A DNA stretch of 64,000 nucleotides, taken from NCBI RefSeq assembly GCF_009914755.1, contig NC_060930.1; one strand, written 5' to 3'. Position numbers and translations under genes: made by a program. The notes under the pieces were generated by a model. It saw only the letters and a program-made list of their open reading frames with translations. It had not been told where the DNA came from and did not search any database. Source of the DNA: the human T2T-CHM13v2.0 reference genome, Homo sapiens. Positions 1 through 14,439 of this stretch are shown here, piece after piece. Position 1 is the first letter of the stretch, and each line of letters starts with the position of its first letter.

Positions 1-131
1 TGAAATATGGTGTTATAATCTGAAAGCAGCCATTGACAATATGAACCGATAGGTGTGGCTGTATTTCAATAAAAAGTAACTTACAACAGATGGCAGGTCA
101 GAGTTGGCTCATGGGCTATTGTCAACCCCTG
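1..131 (+). mobile_element. MER58-like hAT-Charlie DNA transposon, 3' part
   Basis: GAAAGCAGCCATTGACAAT...GTGGCTGTATTTCAATAAAA...GTCAACCCCTG resembles the MER58A 3' half and terminal repeat. Confidence 0.7.
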
Positions 132-222
132 TGTGATACGCAGAATAGTGACTCCTCCAAAGACGTCCACATCCTAATCCCCAGAATCTATGACTGTGCT
201 GTGTTACAAGCCAAAAGGGATG
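132..222 (+). mobile_element. MaLR LTR 5' fragment (MLT1D/E-like)
   Basis: TGTGATACGCAGAATAGTG...CCAAAGACGTCCACATCCTAATCCCCAGAATC...CAAAAGGGA. Confidence 0.65.
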
Positions 223-1454
223 TTTGTGTGAGTACATGTCAAAACGCATATGTGTGTTACATGTCTCTGCTATAACCCCATATAATTAGTATTAGGACAT
301 ATCATTATATTGCTTTTGGACGTAAAAGAAAAAGACATAGGCTATATATTGTACCTATATAAAATCTAGTTATTTAATTAATCTATTTCTTTATTAAAGT
401 TATTTGCTACTTTAATTAATATTAAATACTTGCACAGTTTTAACTCTAGAAGACCCATTTGCTTGCTGAGAGGTACACCAGACTTTGTGCAGCCATTATT
501 GGAAATGATGTGATCACATGCAGGTAGGACACTCTGAGACATATATGTGGAGGCAATGATTTTCTTTGAAGCATATACATGTAAAAACGTCCTGATGATG
601 GTTCTGCTTTTTACTGCTTCCCATATGACAAGTGGAAAGTATTCCTCTGGAAATAATGCAGGTTAGTGATATATCTCAGAAATTAGAGAAGCAAGCTGTC
701 ATCACATCTATAAAAATAGTGTCATGTGGTTAATGTGGGCTACTAACTATATAGCAGAAGTGATATTAAATATGTGCCCTCTCCTTGTATTCCAATCAAA
801 TAGCTGCCAACTTTCTGTGAATAGCTATGTAACATAGATGGGACTCATTCTAATTAAAACAGTATTCTACATTTCTCACTTCAGTGGCCTTCATGTAATT
901 CTGCTTTAGCTAAAGCCAATTTTTTTTTCATTCCATCTTAGTTTGTCTAGTTTTCAATGTGATGAGAATCCTCATAAAATCCATCCAAATTATCTACATC
1001 TCCAGCTTCCTAACAAATAAGAGTACAGTATTGTATTCTCAATGTGTCTTTTAAGGCTTTAGGTACACAGCAGCTGTCCCTTAAAAACTGAACATAAGAC
1101 CCAGACTTAGCTCCTTCTAAGTATCATTTAAAATACTAAAATATGGAACAGTACTTATCATAACTTTGAGAACATATTGGAGAAGAACATCCAGGAGATT
1201 ACTTCCTGTTGAGTTTTATATTGTATTTTTTCACTGCCTCATCCCCTTGCATGGTGTTTTACTCTTTAAGGGACTGTAGAACTGTTCATATGTTAAAAGA
1301 CATGACACTGAAATGGGTCCCTCTCACTGATCAACTATTAGCGGACTGTGATGGATTTGACTGTGGAAAAATTTACGTCTACTAATGTCTTGCTTCCCTT
1401 AGCAATTCCTGAGATGTTTTTAATGTGTCCTTCTGAAGTATCATTAAAATTATG

Positions 1455-1539
1455 GGGAGGCTGAGGCGGGTGGATCATGAGGTCAGGAGTTCAAGACCAG
1501 CCTGGCCAAGAGGGTGAAACCCCGTCTCTACTAAAAATA

Positions 1540-1575
<36 letters not shown>

Positions 1576-1765
1576 ATCCAGACGCAGTGGCAGATTACTG
1601 TAATCCCAGCTATTCAGAAGGCTGAGGCAGGAGAATCGCTTGAACTCAGAGGACAGAGGTTGCAGTGAGCCAAGATTGTGCCACTGCACTCCAGGCTGGG
1701 TGACAGAGTGAGACTCTCTCATTAAAAAAAAAAAAAAAAAGAAAGAAAGAAAGAAAAGAAAAAAA
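1455..1765 (+). mobile_element. 5'-truncated AluS (Sg-like) with expanded middle A-tract
   Basis: Alu dimer starting at GGGAGGCTGAGGCGG; A33 at 1541-1573; A/GAAA tail; approximate TSD AAAATTATG / AAAATTTATG. Confidence 0.95.
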
Positions 1766-2308
1766 TTTATGAACAAAATATGAATTAGTCTTTTGCAGAT
1801 ACAGTTAGGCAAATTGGAAATATTCTTGAGGAATCTCCAAAATCTATTTGGGTAGTTATATACAATAATAACAATCTTTAGTAGGGAAAGAGAGAGAGGA
1901 TAAACTTAGCAAAATCCAGGTCATTTTAAAGTAATGCCTTGCCATCTAAAATTTAGGAAATTAAAGAGAGACAATACAGTGTCAGTTGAAGAGTCTTTCT
2001 CCCATTCACTCAACAGATCAAATGTCCAACTCACTGAACGATGTGACAGAAAAATTCATTCTGTAACATCTGACTCAGAGCACTGGAAATGTTCAAATAA
2101 TTATGATGAAGTCACTGCCCTTCTTCATGCCCTTAGCTGCCTTGCCTATTTACTTGCTGTGCCTCCACTGAAAAGAGATTATTTTGTTTCAAGGAGGCTG
2201 TGAAAGGTACAAAAAAGTTCTGAAGTTTGAAGATTAGTAGTTTATTATGGCATATAACCACCAAGCATTCAAAAATCTGAATAAAAAATAGAGTAACCAC
2301 TTTATTTC

Positions 2309-2560
2309 TTTTTTTAAGCAATTGTATTTGTAGTTTACAAATAATAATTGTATTGATCTGTGGGGTACAATGAGAGGTTTTGATATATGTTTACAATATA
2401 GGATTCTTAAATCAGGGTAATGAACAAATCCATCGCCTCACAAAGTTTCAGTAGATGCATGGGAGGAATATGCTTTAATGATCTATTGCACAGAATGGTG
2501 ACTAAAATAAATAATAATGCATTGTGTATTTCAAAATTACTGAGTAGGTTTAAATGTTTT
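2309..2560 (-). mobile_element. L1MA-type 3' end with inverted 5' segment
   Basis: 2309-2440 is the antisense terminal 3'UTR; 2441-2560 is the adjacent upstream 3'UTR segment in sense (CAAAGTTTCAG...GATCTATTGCACAGAATGGTGACT...TTTAAATGTTTT). Confidence 0.75.
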
Positions 2561-2647
2561 CAGCATGTTATTTCTGCCATGTGTATCATGAGCAGTGATT
2601 CTCTAAATTTGATGTGAAAAAAAATTATGGAGAGGCAAGAGTGCCAT

Positions 2648-2772
2648 TATTAAAATGCAGATTTCTAGGTTTAGCCTCAACCTTAACATTCCTATAGCCA
2701 ATGAATCTACATTTTCAGTATGCATCCCAGTTTATTCTGAAGTAGGTCTAGAGAAAACACTGTGAAAACATC
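2648..2772. mobile_element. MER5-like DNA transposon fragment
   Basis: TTAAAATGCAGATTTCTAGG...AATCTACATTTT...CCCAG...TTCTGA. Confidence 0.45.
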
Positions 2773-3035
2773 ATTAATATATCAAGAGTGTGATTAAGGT
2801 AGCATATGCATTGAATGTATTGAAAATTTAAAACACCAAGGAAAGTTTAAAGAAACTTGGTCATTTGTATTGTGACATTATTGTTATCTTTTCTGTAACC
2901 AACTTGTTTCAGATCTCTGCTCAAAGATAATCTTGCTGATGAAGCTTTCTTAATAGACAAAAGTACTATCCACTCTATTTTCCTAGTTGTACCTAGTCGT
3001 ACCTCTCTCTCTCTGCCCTTCACTATGGTGAAATA

Positions 3036-3123
3036 CATGAGGCAGGGACTTAGTTTTGCTCATCCTTGTATCACAGTGCCTTGAATGGTTCTTGGAATGT
3101 AATAGATGTTTAGTAAATGAATG
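3036..3123 (+). mobile_element. L2 3' end fragment
   Basis: ATGAGGCAGGGACT...CAGTGCC...TAGATGTTTAGTAAATGAATG. Confidence 0.65.
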
Positions 3124-5376
3124 CAGAATGGTTGCAGAATGGTTAGACTTGTTGTGATCATCTGCCTGCTCTCTCTTCTGACTTCTGCACTTTGTGAGGG
3201 TAATATAACATAGTTGAGTATTTCCTTAAAAAGACTTAGAAGAGAGTTTTGAAAGAATAAAATGAATTTCTAGAATCATTAAAAGTGAGGGCTAGAAAAG
3301 ATGTCCAAATCACCTATTTTATAAATAAGAAAACAAAAGTTATGCAGTTCAACAAAAGAGAGAACTATCCATTGGAATGCTTTGGCAAAGCTAGTGATAT
3401 ATTCTACTGTCAAGTAAATAAATTTGTTTGGTTGACGTTGGAACAGAGGAGAGAAGTAAAAGAAAATAGTGAAGTCACTCAAGAGTGGTATGTAGAACAT
3501 CTATGGCAATTAGAAATTTGAGCAGTGGTGCATTTTTTAAATGCTTAAAAGTGAGTAAATAGAAACATGTAGAGTTCAGCTAGAGTTTTGAATGGAGCCA
3601 AGAGTGGCAGTTTTTGTTTGTTTGTTTTGCCAAAAACATGTTTGTCAAGAATATAATTTCCTTTTCTTTAGTTTCCAAATATGTGCAGTATTACCATTTT
3701 GTATGTCAACAAATACTATTTATTGATAGTTTGGTAAATTAATCTTCTTTAACCCATCTGTCTTGTTTACCTGAGAATTTTTGTTTTCTTAGTTTACTGC
3801 ATTTGTTAAAACTACTTCTACAGATTAGTACTTAGCTTCTCTCTTTTCCTCTCACCGTGTCATTACATTTTGTTATATTGGGCTACTTCCCATTATTGAT
3901 TTTCTGTAAATTCTTCATAACAGATCTTGTAGCAGAGTCCCTTTGAGAAAAGTAACTGAAAATTATAACAAATATTTTACAGGTACTTACTCAGCAAAAC
4001 CTTTTAGCCAGCTTTGTTTTTTTTAATATTTAGAATCCATTCATCATTGGTTGCTTTGTTTTCCGTGTCACATTCTTATTATTTAAGTGACTAGTCTATT
4101 TAGGTACTAAGTTTTCTCTCATTTGTTTGTTCAGCTTATTTTTCTAAACTTCAAATGTTCGAACTATTGACCTTAGCTCACAGTCTCACATATTGGTGAC
4201 TATACTAGAATAAATGTTTATTGTATACATCCCAGAATGTGTAGTGAAACTTAAGATTGAATGATGCATTTTGGAACCTATAATAATGCTCACATGTATG
4301 GTGTTTAAATTTTCATAACCACAAAAAGAAAGAGAAGCATGCAGCAGGATCTAAGAAGTAAGGGGTGAAGAACATGGAGAATAAAACTGAATGTTGACAA
4401 AGTCATGGAAAAAGATTAGAAGAAGCATTTCTCGTTTTGAAACCTTTTTTGAAGAATAAATCAGTTTCTTCAGGGTGATAAAAAGGAAAGAAGTATCCAA
4501 ACAATTAAGTTTATGTGTTCTTTTCTAATTTTTTTTTTGTTGTGGCTTACTGTGAACAATCATTGTGAAATATTAAGCCTATAGTCCGTATCTTATATTA
4601 GTTTATATAAAGATTTAACTTAATCTACATTATACATCATTAAAATCAGCCAATTAGATTTAATGGATCTGTTATCTCAAGTTCCTCAGCTGCACTTGGT
4701 TTCTATATCCTTGAAATGCATACTCCCATACTCTTCACTGTGATGTTACAAGGATAATTTGTTTTCTATAAGGTTCTCTGAGCTCCTTTGAACAAAGCAC
4801 TAGGTAAATATAGCATAACTTTATGACAGCATTTTGGCTATGCTGAGGATTTATCAGAAAGTCACAAGCTATATGAAAAATTCAGGTAAGACTGGACAGG
4901 ATCTTATAAGATAGAGAAGAAACCAATTTAATACACCATTCCCCTTTCCTTCCATGGAACATCTGGATCTATGCCGTCTGTGAGAACCAGATAAGAACCC
5001 ATTTCTTCTATGAAACTTGTGCTGACTAGCATAGGCCATGACACTCCATTCCCCCATTTGTCCTTTACTCAGTAAACTATGGCTAGTGATATTTATGTAA
5101 GCATTTTGCTTGGATTGTTACAGGAACATTCCATGTCTATGTTCCTCATCTACTTCTATAGGACTATGACCTTTTTTCAGGAAAGACAGTGTTATTATAC
5201 TGTAGGAGCATAGTGTAGGGAGATATGAGCATTCCCTAACAAGTAAGACCCCACCTCATCAAAGGGCAGAAGCTGCAGGGAGGTAAGAAGTGCCCGGCAG
5301 GAGAGGCTCCAAGAGATGTGACTACCAGTGGGGCCCAGCAAGGGAGTCTCCTGAGAATCCACCCAAGTGCTGGTGA

Positions 5377-5716
5377 TGTTGTAGAACTTTTTCCTTAGTT
5401 CAGCTAAGAGCTGGGTTCTTGTTACATGGCCATGAGAGATTAGGCTTGCAGACACTTTGAAGGGTGAGAAAAAAAAATGGAATTTACTGGGAAAAGAGGG
5501 GATGAAAATGAAACAGGGGCCCTCGGCAAAGCCAGAGTCCTGCTAGCTGGCTTCCCCCTGGCAGACTGAATTCCAGTTTCCACCCCAGGAGAGAAGGGGC
5601 CAGGCTCCTCCCCTGCAAATGTTGTGAACCTCCCAAGGCTCACCCAACTGCACATTCCTTATACTGCACAGGCCTTGGAAGTTCTGTCAGGGAGCCCTTC
5701 CCACCTGGCTGTCTCA
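5377..5716 (-). mobile_element. ERV1 solo LTR (MER61-like)
   Basis: TG...CA ends; minus strand starts TGAGACAGCCAGGTGGGAAGGG; 4-bp TSD GTGA at 5373-5376 and 5717-5720. Confidence 0.85.
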
Positions 5717-6532
5717 GTGAGAAGAGTCAACTTAAATCATAAAATAGGGCCAGACTGCTCAGAGCTGACTTTGGACGTTAGTGGGCAGGTGAAAACCTTT
5801 TGCCTCCTTTACCTCCCCTCCCTCACCCCTCTACCACCCTGGCCACTGGCAGAGTCATGGCCGACCTCCGCCCCAGTCTTTCATCTGGAGGAGAGAAGAT
5901 GATCTGACATTCAATCAGGTTCTGTGTTTTGATTATTTGTAACAGATCATTTTCAATTGCTAATGACATGACAATCGTGATTTAATGTGACCACCAAAGT
6001 CTATTATTTAAGAGTGGCTCAAAACTTCGGAGGTTTATTTTCAATTTATGACTAAATTTCCATCCAGAAGCAAGAAAAAGATCATTTTTTACTAAATAAA
6101 TTTTAAAGGAAGAATGGGAAACAAAAACAAATGCATTTTCTGATTGCTTAAAAAAAAAAGTAAGATACCTTGGATATGTGGCCTTTCAGGGAATTTTTAG
6201 AATAACTGGGATGCTGCAATATTGGAGTTAGTCATGTACCAATTAAAATGAATAATATGTAAGGTTTGAGTGAATTTCATACATTTTAGAACAGTAAGCT
6301 TACTATTTATTTCTAGCAAAAATTTAGAATGGACCTATCAGACAGCATTTACAAAGGCACACCTCCAAAAGAGCTTCTCTGGACTTTCAAAGATGTTGCT
6401 TTCCCAGATACACTCCAGTGATTGTCTATATGTAGACAACACTGAAGCCTGAGGGCTGGGTCATAGCTTGCTGGCAATGAGGTACGGTGTCCACCTGTGG
6501 AAGGAAGGCAGTGGCCTGTTTCAGGACTGTAC

Positions 6533-7300
<768 letters not shown>

Positions 7301-10214
7301 CTAAATACATTAGAACTCTTCAAAACAGAAGCACATTGAATAATGCAGTGTGAAAAATCCATGGTGTTATCTTGAAGGTCACGGCAGGTACTCAATTCAT
7401 AATTATTGAAGTAAATTTAAAATCTAGCATTTTCACTTAAAATTTCATTAGACATTATCCTATACAACCATGATATGCTAATTAAGAGGATATTGCAAGT
7501 TGACAAACTCCAGAAATGAACATCTCTTATCTCTAGGAAACATCAACTAGAGGCTGAAGAGGAGGTAGTGGTGGTGATTATACATGTGCATAATATAGGA
7601 TATTTCACTGTGATTTCAATATTGTGAATACTGTAATCTTAAAGAAAGTAATCTAGCAACTAATGTTTTAGAGACATAAGTATAAAATCAAAATCGTCAA
7701 AATATGGACTTATGGTGTATGAGAGCCTTGCTTTTAACTTCCAGCAAAACTAAATACAAGTTAGAGTATTTGGAATAAAGATATTGTTTTCATAGAACTT
7801 TATAAAATGAGTCACTAAATCTATGAGAAACGAAATGCAAATTTCTTATAAATAATTAAAAAGAAATCATTAAAGTATTTCTTACCACAAGATAAGAAAT
7901 CTTCCATTCTGTTTCTATTTCACATAATCCCTCAATCTTTTTATATATGTACTCAAGATATATGCATTCTTTCTCTGCTTTTTTTTTAGGGTACTTTGAA
8001 TCCCTATTGTGTATTGTGGGATGACTCCAAAACGTAAGTGACAGATGTTTTCCTACATTACTTTGGGCTAAATTTTCAAAGCACATTAAGTTAGTTCAGC
8101 TGCCTGCTAGTTAACAGGAATATAAGTCAGTGGGATGTTGCATTCAGAGAAAAAAAAAATCCTCTTTTTGAATCTTCAGGACAGCATGATGAATGTGTTT
8201 GTGTGTAATGATGCCATCAGGTTACATCTCAAGATAGTATTGCATTACCTACTGTGTAAGGCACATTGCAATGTGAATTCCATGAGGAATTTTTAAAAGC
8301 TCTGATATTTTAGAATTGATAGAAGCTCGAATGCCATCTTAACATCTTGTCCTAGTAATTCAGCTTAGCATTGCAGAATAAAATAGCAAGATCTATGGTC
8401 ATTTAGCCAATATATTACTCACATGACCTTGAATCTATTATCAGAGTAATGCAATATTTATATGGTCCCTCCAAATTGTTTTGTGATAAAAACATTGAGT
8501 GACATTTAATTTTTTATTTGTATATTTTTGAATTCAGGCAGAAAAAATAATTGCACTAAATAAGTATGAGTAATTCTTCCATGTTATTTTTTTGTTTGTA
8601 GAAGTAATTGCAATATATCTAATCAAAATCACCTTTATTTTATTGATAATCCTGAGATTTTGATGTCTCAAAGAGCAGGAAAATCTGTAGTTAAGTCTTG
8701 GTTAGACTCCTATACTTTAAATACTTGTGTAGCTTACAACTTTTATTTTTTTGCTTGGTTTGATTTTGCATGAGGGGAGATAAATATCAATCAATCCCAA
8801 AAGTAATCCCACTCTATATATGCTGTCAGATGAAGCACCATATTGTTGGACTGTATGTATTCTAAGAATTTTCCTGGTGTTCTTCACCCCTGATATGATC
8901 TACATCTGAGGTTTTGTGATGCTACTTGTTTCTCACCAGAGAGTCTAGAAGAGGAGCATTTTTAGAATCTCTAGGAAAAGATTGAAACCTCGGACAATTT
9001 TCTCAGTCCTAGGATGCTGATATAATTTAAATTACAATTAATATTAAACATACTCTTTTGCTATAGGTTCTCATACTCTGGGTATCCTTTACTACTAGTC
9101 CAGTACAATAGTTAAGTACAGAGAATTCCAACTTGCCCTGTTGATAACATGAGCTGGATAGCCTTACTGATGTCATTATTATTTTTTTCTTTTTGGAACT
9201 TTACAGACAAATCCATGATAGTAAAATTTTTGCAAGCTTTCTCTCTCTACCAATAGCCAGAGAAGAATTTGGTGGTATAATCTAAGCTGCACTTAGTATG
9301 TTATATAGCCAAGGGAAAAATAAAATGCTATAAAAATCTAGTTGAATGTTTTCGGCCCAAGAAACATGTGCTATCTTGAACTCCTGATTTTAGTTTCCAT
9401 ATCTCTGTGAATAATAAGCAACTTTGACTTAGTTTTATTATTATTATTTTTTTTTACTGGGTAGAATCTGCTTCTTTGTTGATCTAAACGGGGGAAAGTG
9501 TTAGTTATTCCAAAAGCCCCTTAAGACTATTAAAGGGACACTGCAACAAGAGATAGTTCCTTATTTTGTGCCTCCTGTTGGCTACTTTTCATAGACAGTA
9601 TAAGGTGTTAAGTTGAATTTATCAAACTATTGGTTTCTGAGGTTAGCATTCACCTGAGGAATCAATCACACCTCCCTAACATCTGCTGATGACATGACTC
9701 TTATCTGTCACGAAGAATGTCTCAGCTTTACAACATTCAGCTTCTAAGTTGTCCTTGAAGAAAACTATCCAGGGAGAGGAAATGTGTTTAGTTGTCTTTC
9801 AAAGAAGATAATCTCAAGGGATTGGTGTAGTTCATGTTTTCTTGATGTATCCGAAAAGTGATCAAAAACCTTCCCATTGTGACAGAACTTCTTTCCCATC
9901 ACAGTTTTCGCTAGATTGTTTCATTATTAAAAGTGTTTTTCTGGGTGAGCTTTAAACAATGAAGGTTAAGGCAACTTTATTTCCTTTCTTCACATTTGTT
10001 CTTCTATTTTGACTATATTTATATATACACAATAGTTTTATTGATGTAATCATATTGAATTTGAATATAGGTCTTCTAAATATAATTAATAGTGAAGAGA
10101 TACTGCTACTTCTTTTTATACAGAAAACGGCTGTCTTAAATATTTTCAAGATTGCAGTAATAAAGTTCAAATTAGAAGTTGTGCTTTAATTTTGGTTTAT
10201 CAAGTTGCTGTTAT

Positions 10215-10680
10215 TTTTAATTTTTAAAAATTGATTTTTAGTTACAAAAGCAATGCACGAGTATTTTTTACTTGTAAAACTTTAAGGCAGAACTGTTAAT
10301 GTAAAGAGCCCCACTGATCATCACCATCTTGGGCCTCCACATCCACCCATATCTCTAAGATCATTCCTATTTACATTTTGTTGTTCATAATCTCATATAT
10401 CCATTTATACATTGACGTGTATTCATTCATAGACATTCACACTATTTTTAAATAAATGTTTTCATATTGTATGAACACTTGACAATCTCAATTTTAAATT
10501 CAACAAATATCTTGGAAAATTTATTTTACACTACCTATATTTCATTCCTCGTATCTGCTGCATTGTATAGGTATATCAAAGTTGATTTACTATTCTCTAT
10601 ATTGATGACTATTGGCATGATTTCTAATTAATTTTAGTCTCTAAACTGTGCTTCTGTGTATCTCCTTGTACATCTCTCCC
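10215..10680 (-). mobile_element. L1ME-type 3' fragment
   Basis: Degenerate antisense L1M 3'UTR motifs (CTGCTGCATTGTAT, CTATATTGATGAC, CCTTGTACATC). Confidence 0.5.
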
Positions 10681-10689
10681 TGAGGATAT

Positions 10690-10938
10690 CTCTGCTCACA
10701 TAATCCAAAATGTTGCCCTGTTGTTCTCTTTATATAACCCCGTTTGATACTTTCACAGCATGCATTCCTTTTTCTTATTTTCATTTGGTTACCACCTGTC
10801 TTCCTCACTAGAAAATAAGCACCATAAAAGAAATACTTTGTCTTTCTTATTCATCACTGCACTGTTGGTGCCTACTATACCTGCATATAGGATACATTCG
10901 ATAAATATTTATTGGCTACTTTGGTAAAAGAATGAATG
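10690..10938 (+). mobile_element. L2 3' end
   Basis: CTGTCTTCCTCACTAGAAAATAAGCACCA...TTCATCACTG...ATAAATATTTATTG...GAATGAATG. Confidence 0.7.
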
Positions 10939-11332
10939 TTTGCATGTTTCGTAGGTACATTTTCTATCTAAGAATTATTCCCATCTCTATTTGATTTTAT
11001 CAGTTGATAAATATTTCTAGCAATTATTAGAGCTAACATTGGAAATTTGATGGAAGAATGTTTCAGCTTGTTAAATAGTAAGATCCATTATAAACAATTA
11101 ATTTTATTTCCAAGGGTAATCTATTACCCAGATTATCTCAAACAAAGGCATTTTATTTTACTATCATTAGACAAAACATCTTTAGACAATTTAGAAACAT
11201 ATTTGTTTTGTTCTGGCTCACTAATTAACAAGATATTGAAAATGCTTCATTGTATGTGACAGATGAAATAAATTCAAAGTGATTTTCTCACTTCAGACAT
11301 AGGCTTATTGTAAATCGGAGAATATTTTTTAT

Positions 11333-11625
11333 TCAATAGATGCAGAAAAGACCTTCGATAAAATTCAACACCCCTTCATGCTAAAAACTCTGGATAAACT
11401 AAGTATTGATGGAACATATCTCAAAATAATAAGAACTATTTATGGCAAACCTACAGCCAATATCATACTGAATGGGCAAAAGCTAGAAGCATTCCCTTTG
11501 AAAACTGGCACAAGACAAGGATGCCCTCTCTCACCACTCCTATTCAACGTAGTATTGGAAGTTCTGGCCAGGGCAATCAGGCAAGGGAAAGAAATAAAGG
11601 GTATGTGACTAGGAAAAGAGGAAGT
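11333..11625 (+). mobile_element. L1PA ORF2 internal fragment (RT domain), no 3'UTR or tail
   Basis: Encodes ...[18 protein letters not shown]...[35 protein letters not shown] (L1 RT QGCPLSP motif). Confidence 0.95.
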
Positions 11626-13978
11626 TATATGTTCTTTTAAAGTGGCTTACAAAGTTATCATTTGAGTGATTGGTAATTTGCACATTCTTTGAGCTACTCT
11701 AGATTTGGATTTTGAGTATTAGATCATGCGTGGTGACTACATTTCCTGGAAAACCTATAATCCCTCCCTTAAATTAGCCTGTGGTCTTTCTCTACAGATC
11801 TTGTAACCATCCATCTAATACTCTCAAGTCTGTGAAGGACTACGTTTGTTTTCAGAAAGTGTTTCGTTAATCCATTTGTAATTTATTTACCTATCTTGTT
11901 GTTGAAAACAAAAGCTTCTAAGGACTAGACTTCCCTATTTTTTCTTCATTTCAAATTGATTTATTGGAGTTGGGAGTAGCAACAGTCACATCTTGACTGA
12001 GACTGACACTGGCTTGTTTTCTCTCAAAGTTAAGTAATTGAATTGAACTAATTTCTCTCCTTTGCTTCCATTATCCTTATTTATTCATAACCAGAATATC
12101 TTTCTCTCCCTTTGTCATTCATCCTGGAAGTCAAAATTTCATTTACCTCACAGTATAACTCCTAGCAAATATAAAACTAACACTTCAACCTCATCTTCTT
12201 ATTTCAGGGAAGTTGACATCATTTTCTTTGCTCTGTGAATGATTGATATATCTATACATTAGGAAGACACAATATTATATGCCTTAAGAAAAATATGTTC
12301 CTCTTAGAAATTTTAAATACTTATACAAAGTGTTACTATTATTGGATAGCCAACCTTTCCCTGCAGGGAATAACCAAATGATAAAGCTCTTTTATATGGC
12401 TCTGTTCAAACTGGGATAGAGTGGGACCAAACTAAGATGAACAGAAAATAATCTTCTTATAAGTATGATACAGGAGCAAAAAGAACAAGAAAGAGGTCTT
12501 GTTGGAGACTTCATTTAAGCAATTAAGAAATAAACCAAGAATAGTAACCACGTAAAACAGCAATATCATGGTCTCATTGTTTGGAGAGAAATGTGGAAAC
12601 ATCTTCTACAGACTCATAATTACCTAATTGAAGCCTTTTCGTGAGCAGCAATGAAAAAAAAAAGTCTGTATTAAAAATATTTAACAATGTATAGCCATCA
12701 TTCCAGTAGAAAACTATTTCTAGAATTTCCTGGTGATTCAATTAACCATAGACAGGAATTGAAAACTATTTAACTTCAAGAAGTTATGTTACCTTTGTAG
12801 CACAGGTTGGTCTGTTTAGTACATGTTAACATGTAACTGATTACATTATTACAGTCGATACTTTAGTAAGAAATCACAATTGTATGACAAACGTATGATG
12901 TTCAGTCTTCTAAATTAACATTGTTATGTGCAGTCTGTATGTCCAATATATGTTCTAGGTGCCAGCATGTTCCATTTTACTGGATAGTTCCTAAGGTCTT
13001 GTAGTTGTTCTTTTCTGTAGTTAGAAGGGTAAAAGAATAACTAATTTTGGCTGACACTTGTAACCTTGCCTCAGTAGGTATATTCGTAGTCAGTATGTTG
13101 CAGAACTGCAGAAGCAGATAAGTTAAATTTTTGGAATTTGCATCTAAGATGTTAAAATTCCATAGAACTTTCCATTATCCATTCAGGTCCAATCATTAAT
13201 TCTCTAATATTATAAAACTATGTTATGCTTTTTGTCCCTTGATTATATTCACACTGAAAATACTGAAAATACTAGACCTTTACATTATCAAAATACTAGT
13301 CCTTATAAAGTAAAATTTACCTGATCTCCAAAAAATGAAATTTATATTATAGTCAAAGATGCTAATGCCAAACTTTAGAATGGTTCTTGGTTTTCAAATT
13401 TATTGTGGATAAAATGTTTGCTTCTGTTTGCAAAGCAACCCTGCTCTTCTAGAAATATTACAAAAAGCAATAGAAAAAATTTAATTTTCTAAGAAAATAG
13501 AAATACAATTAAAGATTTATTGGTGAGAAACTAAATGAAACTTTTACTTTTTGCTTTTCTGTTTATACTATACATTATTTTTTGAAGTTTTTTCATATTC
13601 ACAATTGTGTGTTTTCTCATAAAGCCATTATAATTCAGCTTTCTTCAGGTAAATTTTTCTTTTTAATTTCTTAAAATTTAAAAAATTATCTTAGAATGTT
13701 TTAAGTTACATCAGAGATTTTATGATTTTAAATCTTAAATGCTTAGTTTCTTAAAGGTGTATTATTAAATTTGTTAGCACATAAGCAATTCTTTTTTAAC
13801 TGATAACGTTTACATAAATGCTTCTAATATTATTAGCAACCCATTATGTCCATTAGCGTGAGCTATAAGGTTCAAGAAATGCTGCATCATGCCCTCAACA
13901 CAAATTCTCTGGTCTAACATTAGGAATCAAATGGCATCATGTATTTTTCATTGTAATTCTCACCTTGTCCATCTAACA

Positions 13979-14200
13979 TTGGGGTTTGCACACTACAACC
14001 TGTGTCACAAATACAGACTGCTGCATGTTTTTGTAAATAAAATTTTATCAGACACAGTCATTCTTATTTGTTTATGTATTGTCTATTGCTTCTTTGGTAC
14101 TACAACTGCAAAGTTGAGTCACAACAGAAATCATAATGTCTGCAACTCCTAAAATATTTACTATTTAGTCTTTTATAGAAAAAAAAATTGCCAGCCTCTG
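13979..14200 (-). mobile_element. MER58A-like DNA transposon, near full length
   Basis: TTTTTGTAAATAAAATTTTAT...ATTGTCTATTGCT...CCTAAAATATTTACTAT...TTTATAGAAAAA...TTGCCAGCCTCTG. Confidence 0.85.
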
Positions 14201-14439
14201 CCCCAAACAGTGCTTTCCAGCACTTTTTATATCTTGGCACACAGAAAATATTGATTATACATCATATTGAAGTAAATGAATGAAATATTTGCAAGCAGGG
14301 TAAGGGTAGGATGTCCAAGGCTAGAGAGGATCAATATCTCCATTAGTTCTGGAAATTCTCTCACTTTTTGAAATATAGATTCACCCATAATTTGTCTCAT
14401 TCTCATCTGTAATACCGAATAATATTGTTTCCTATCCTT

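Noticed and set aside
5377-5716. p53 response element, known for some MER61 subfamilies
   Set aside because: No paired RRRCWWGYYY half sites found in this copy
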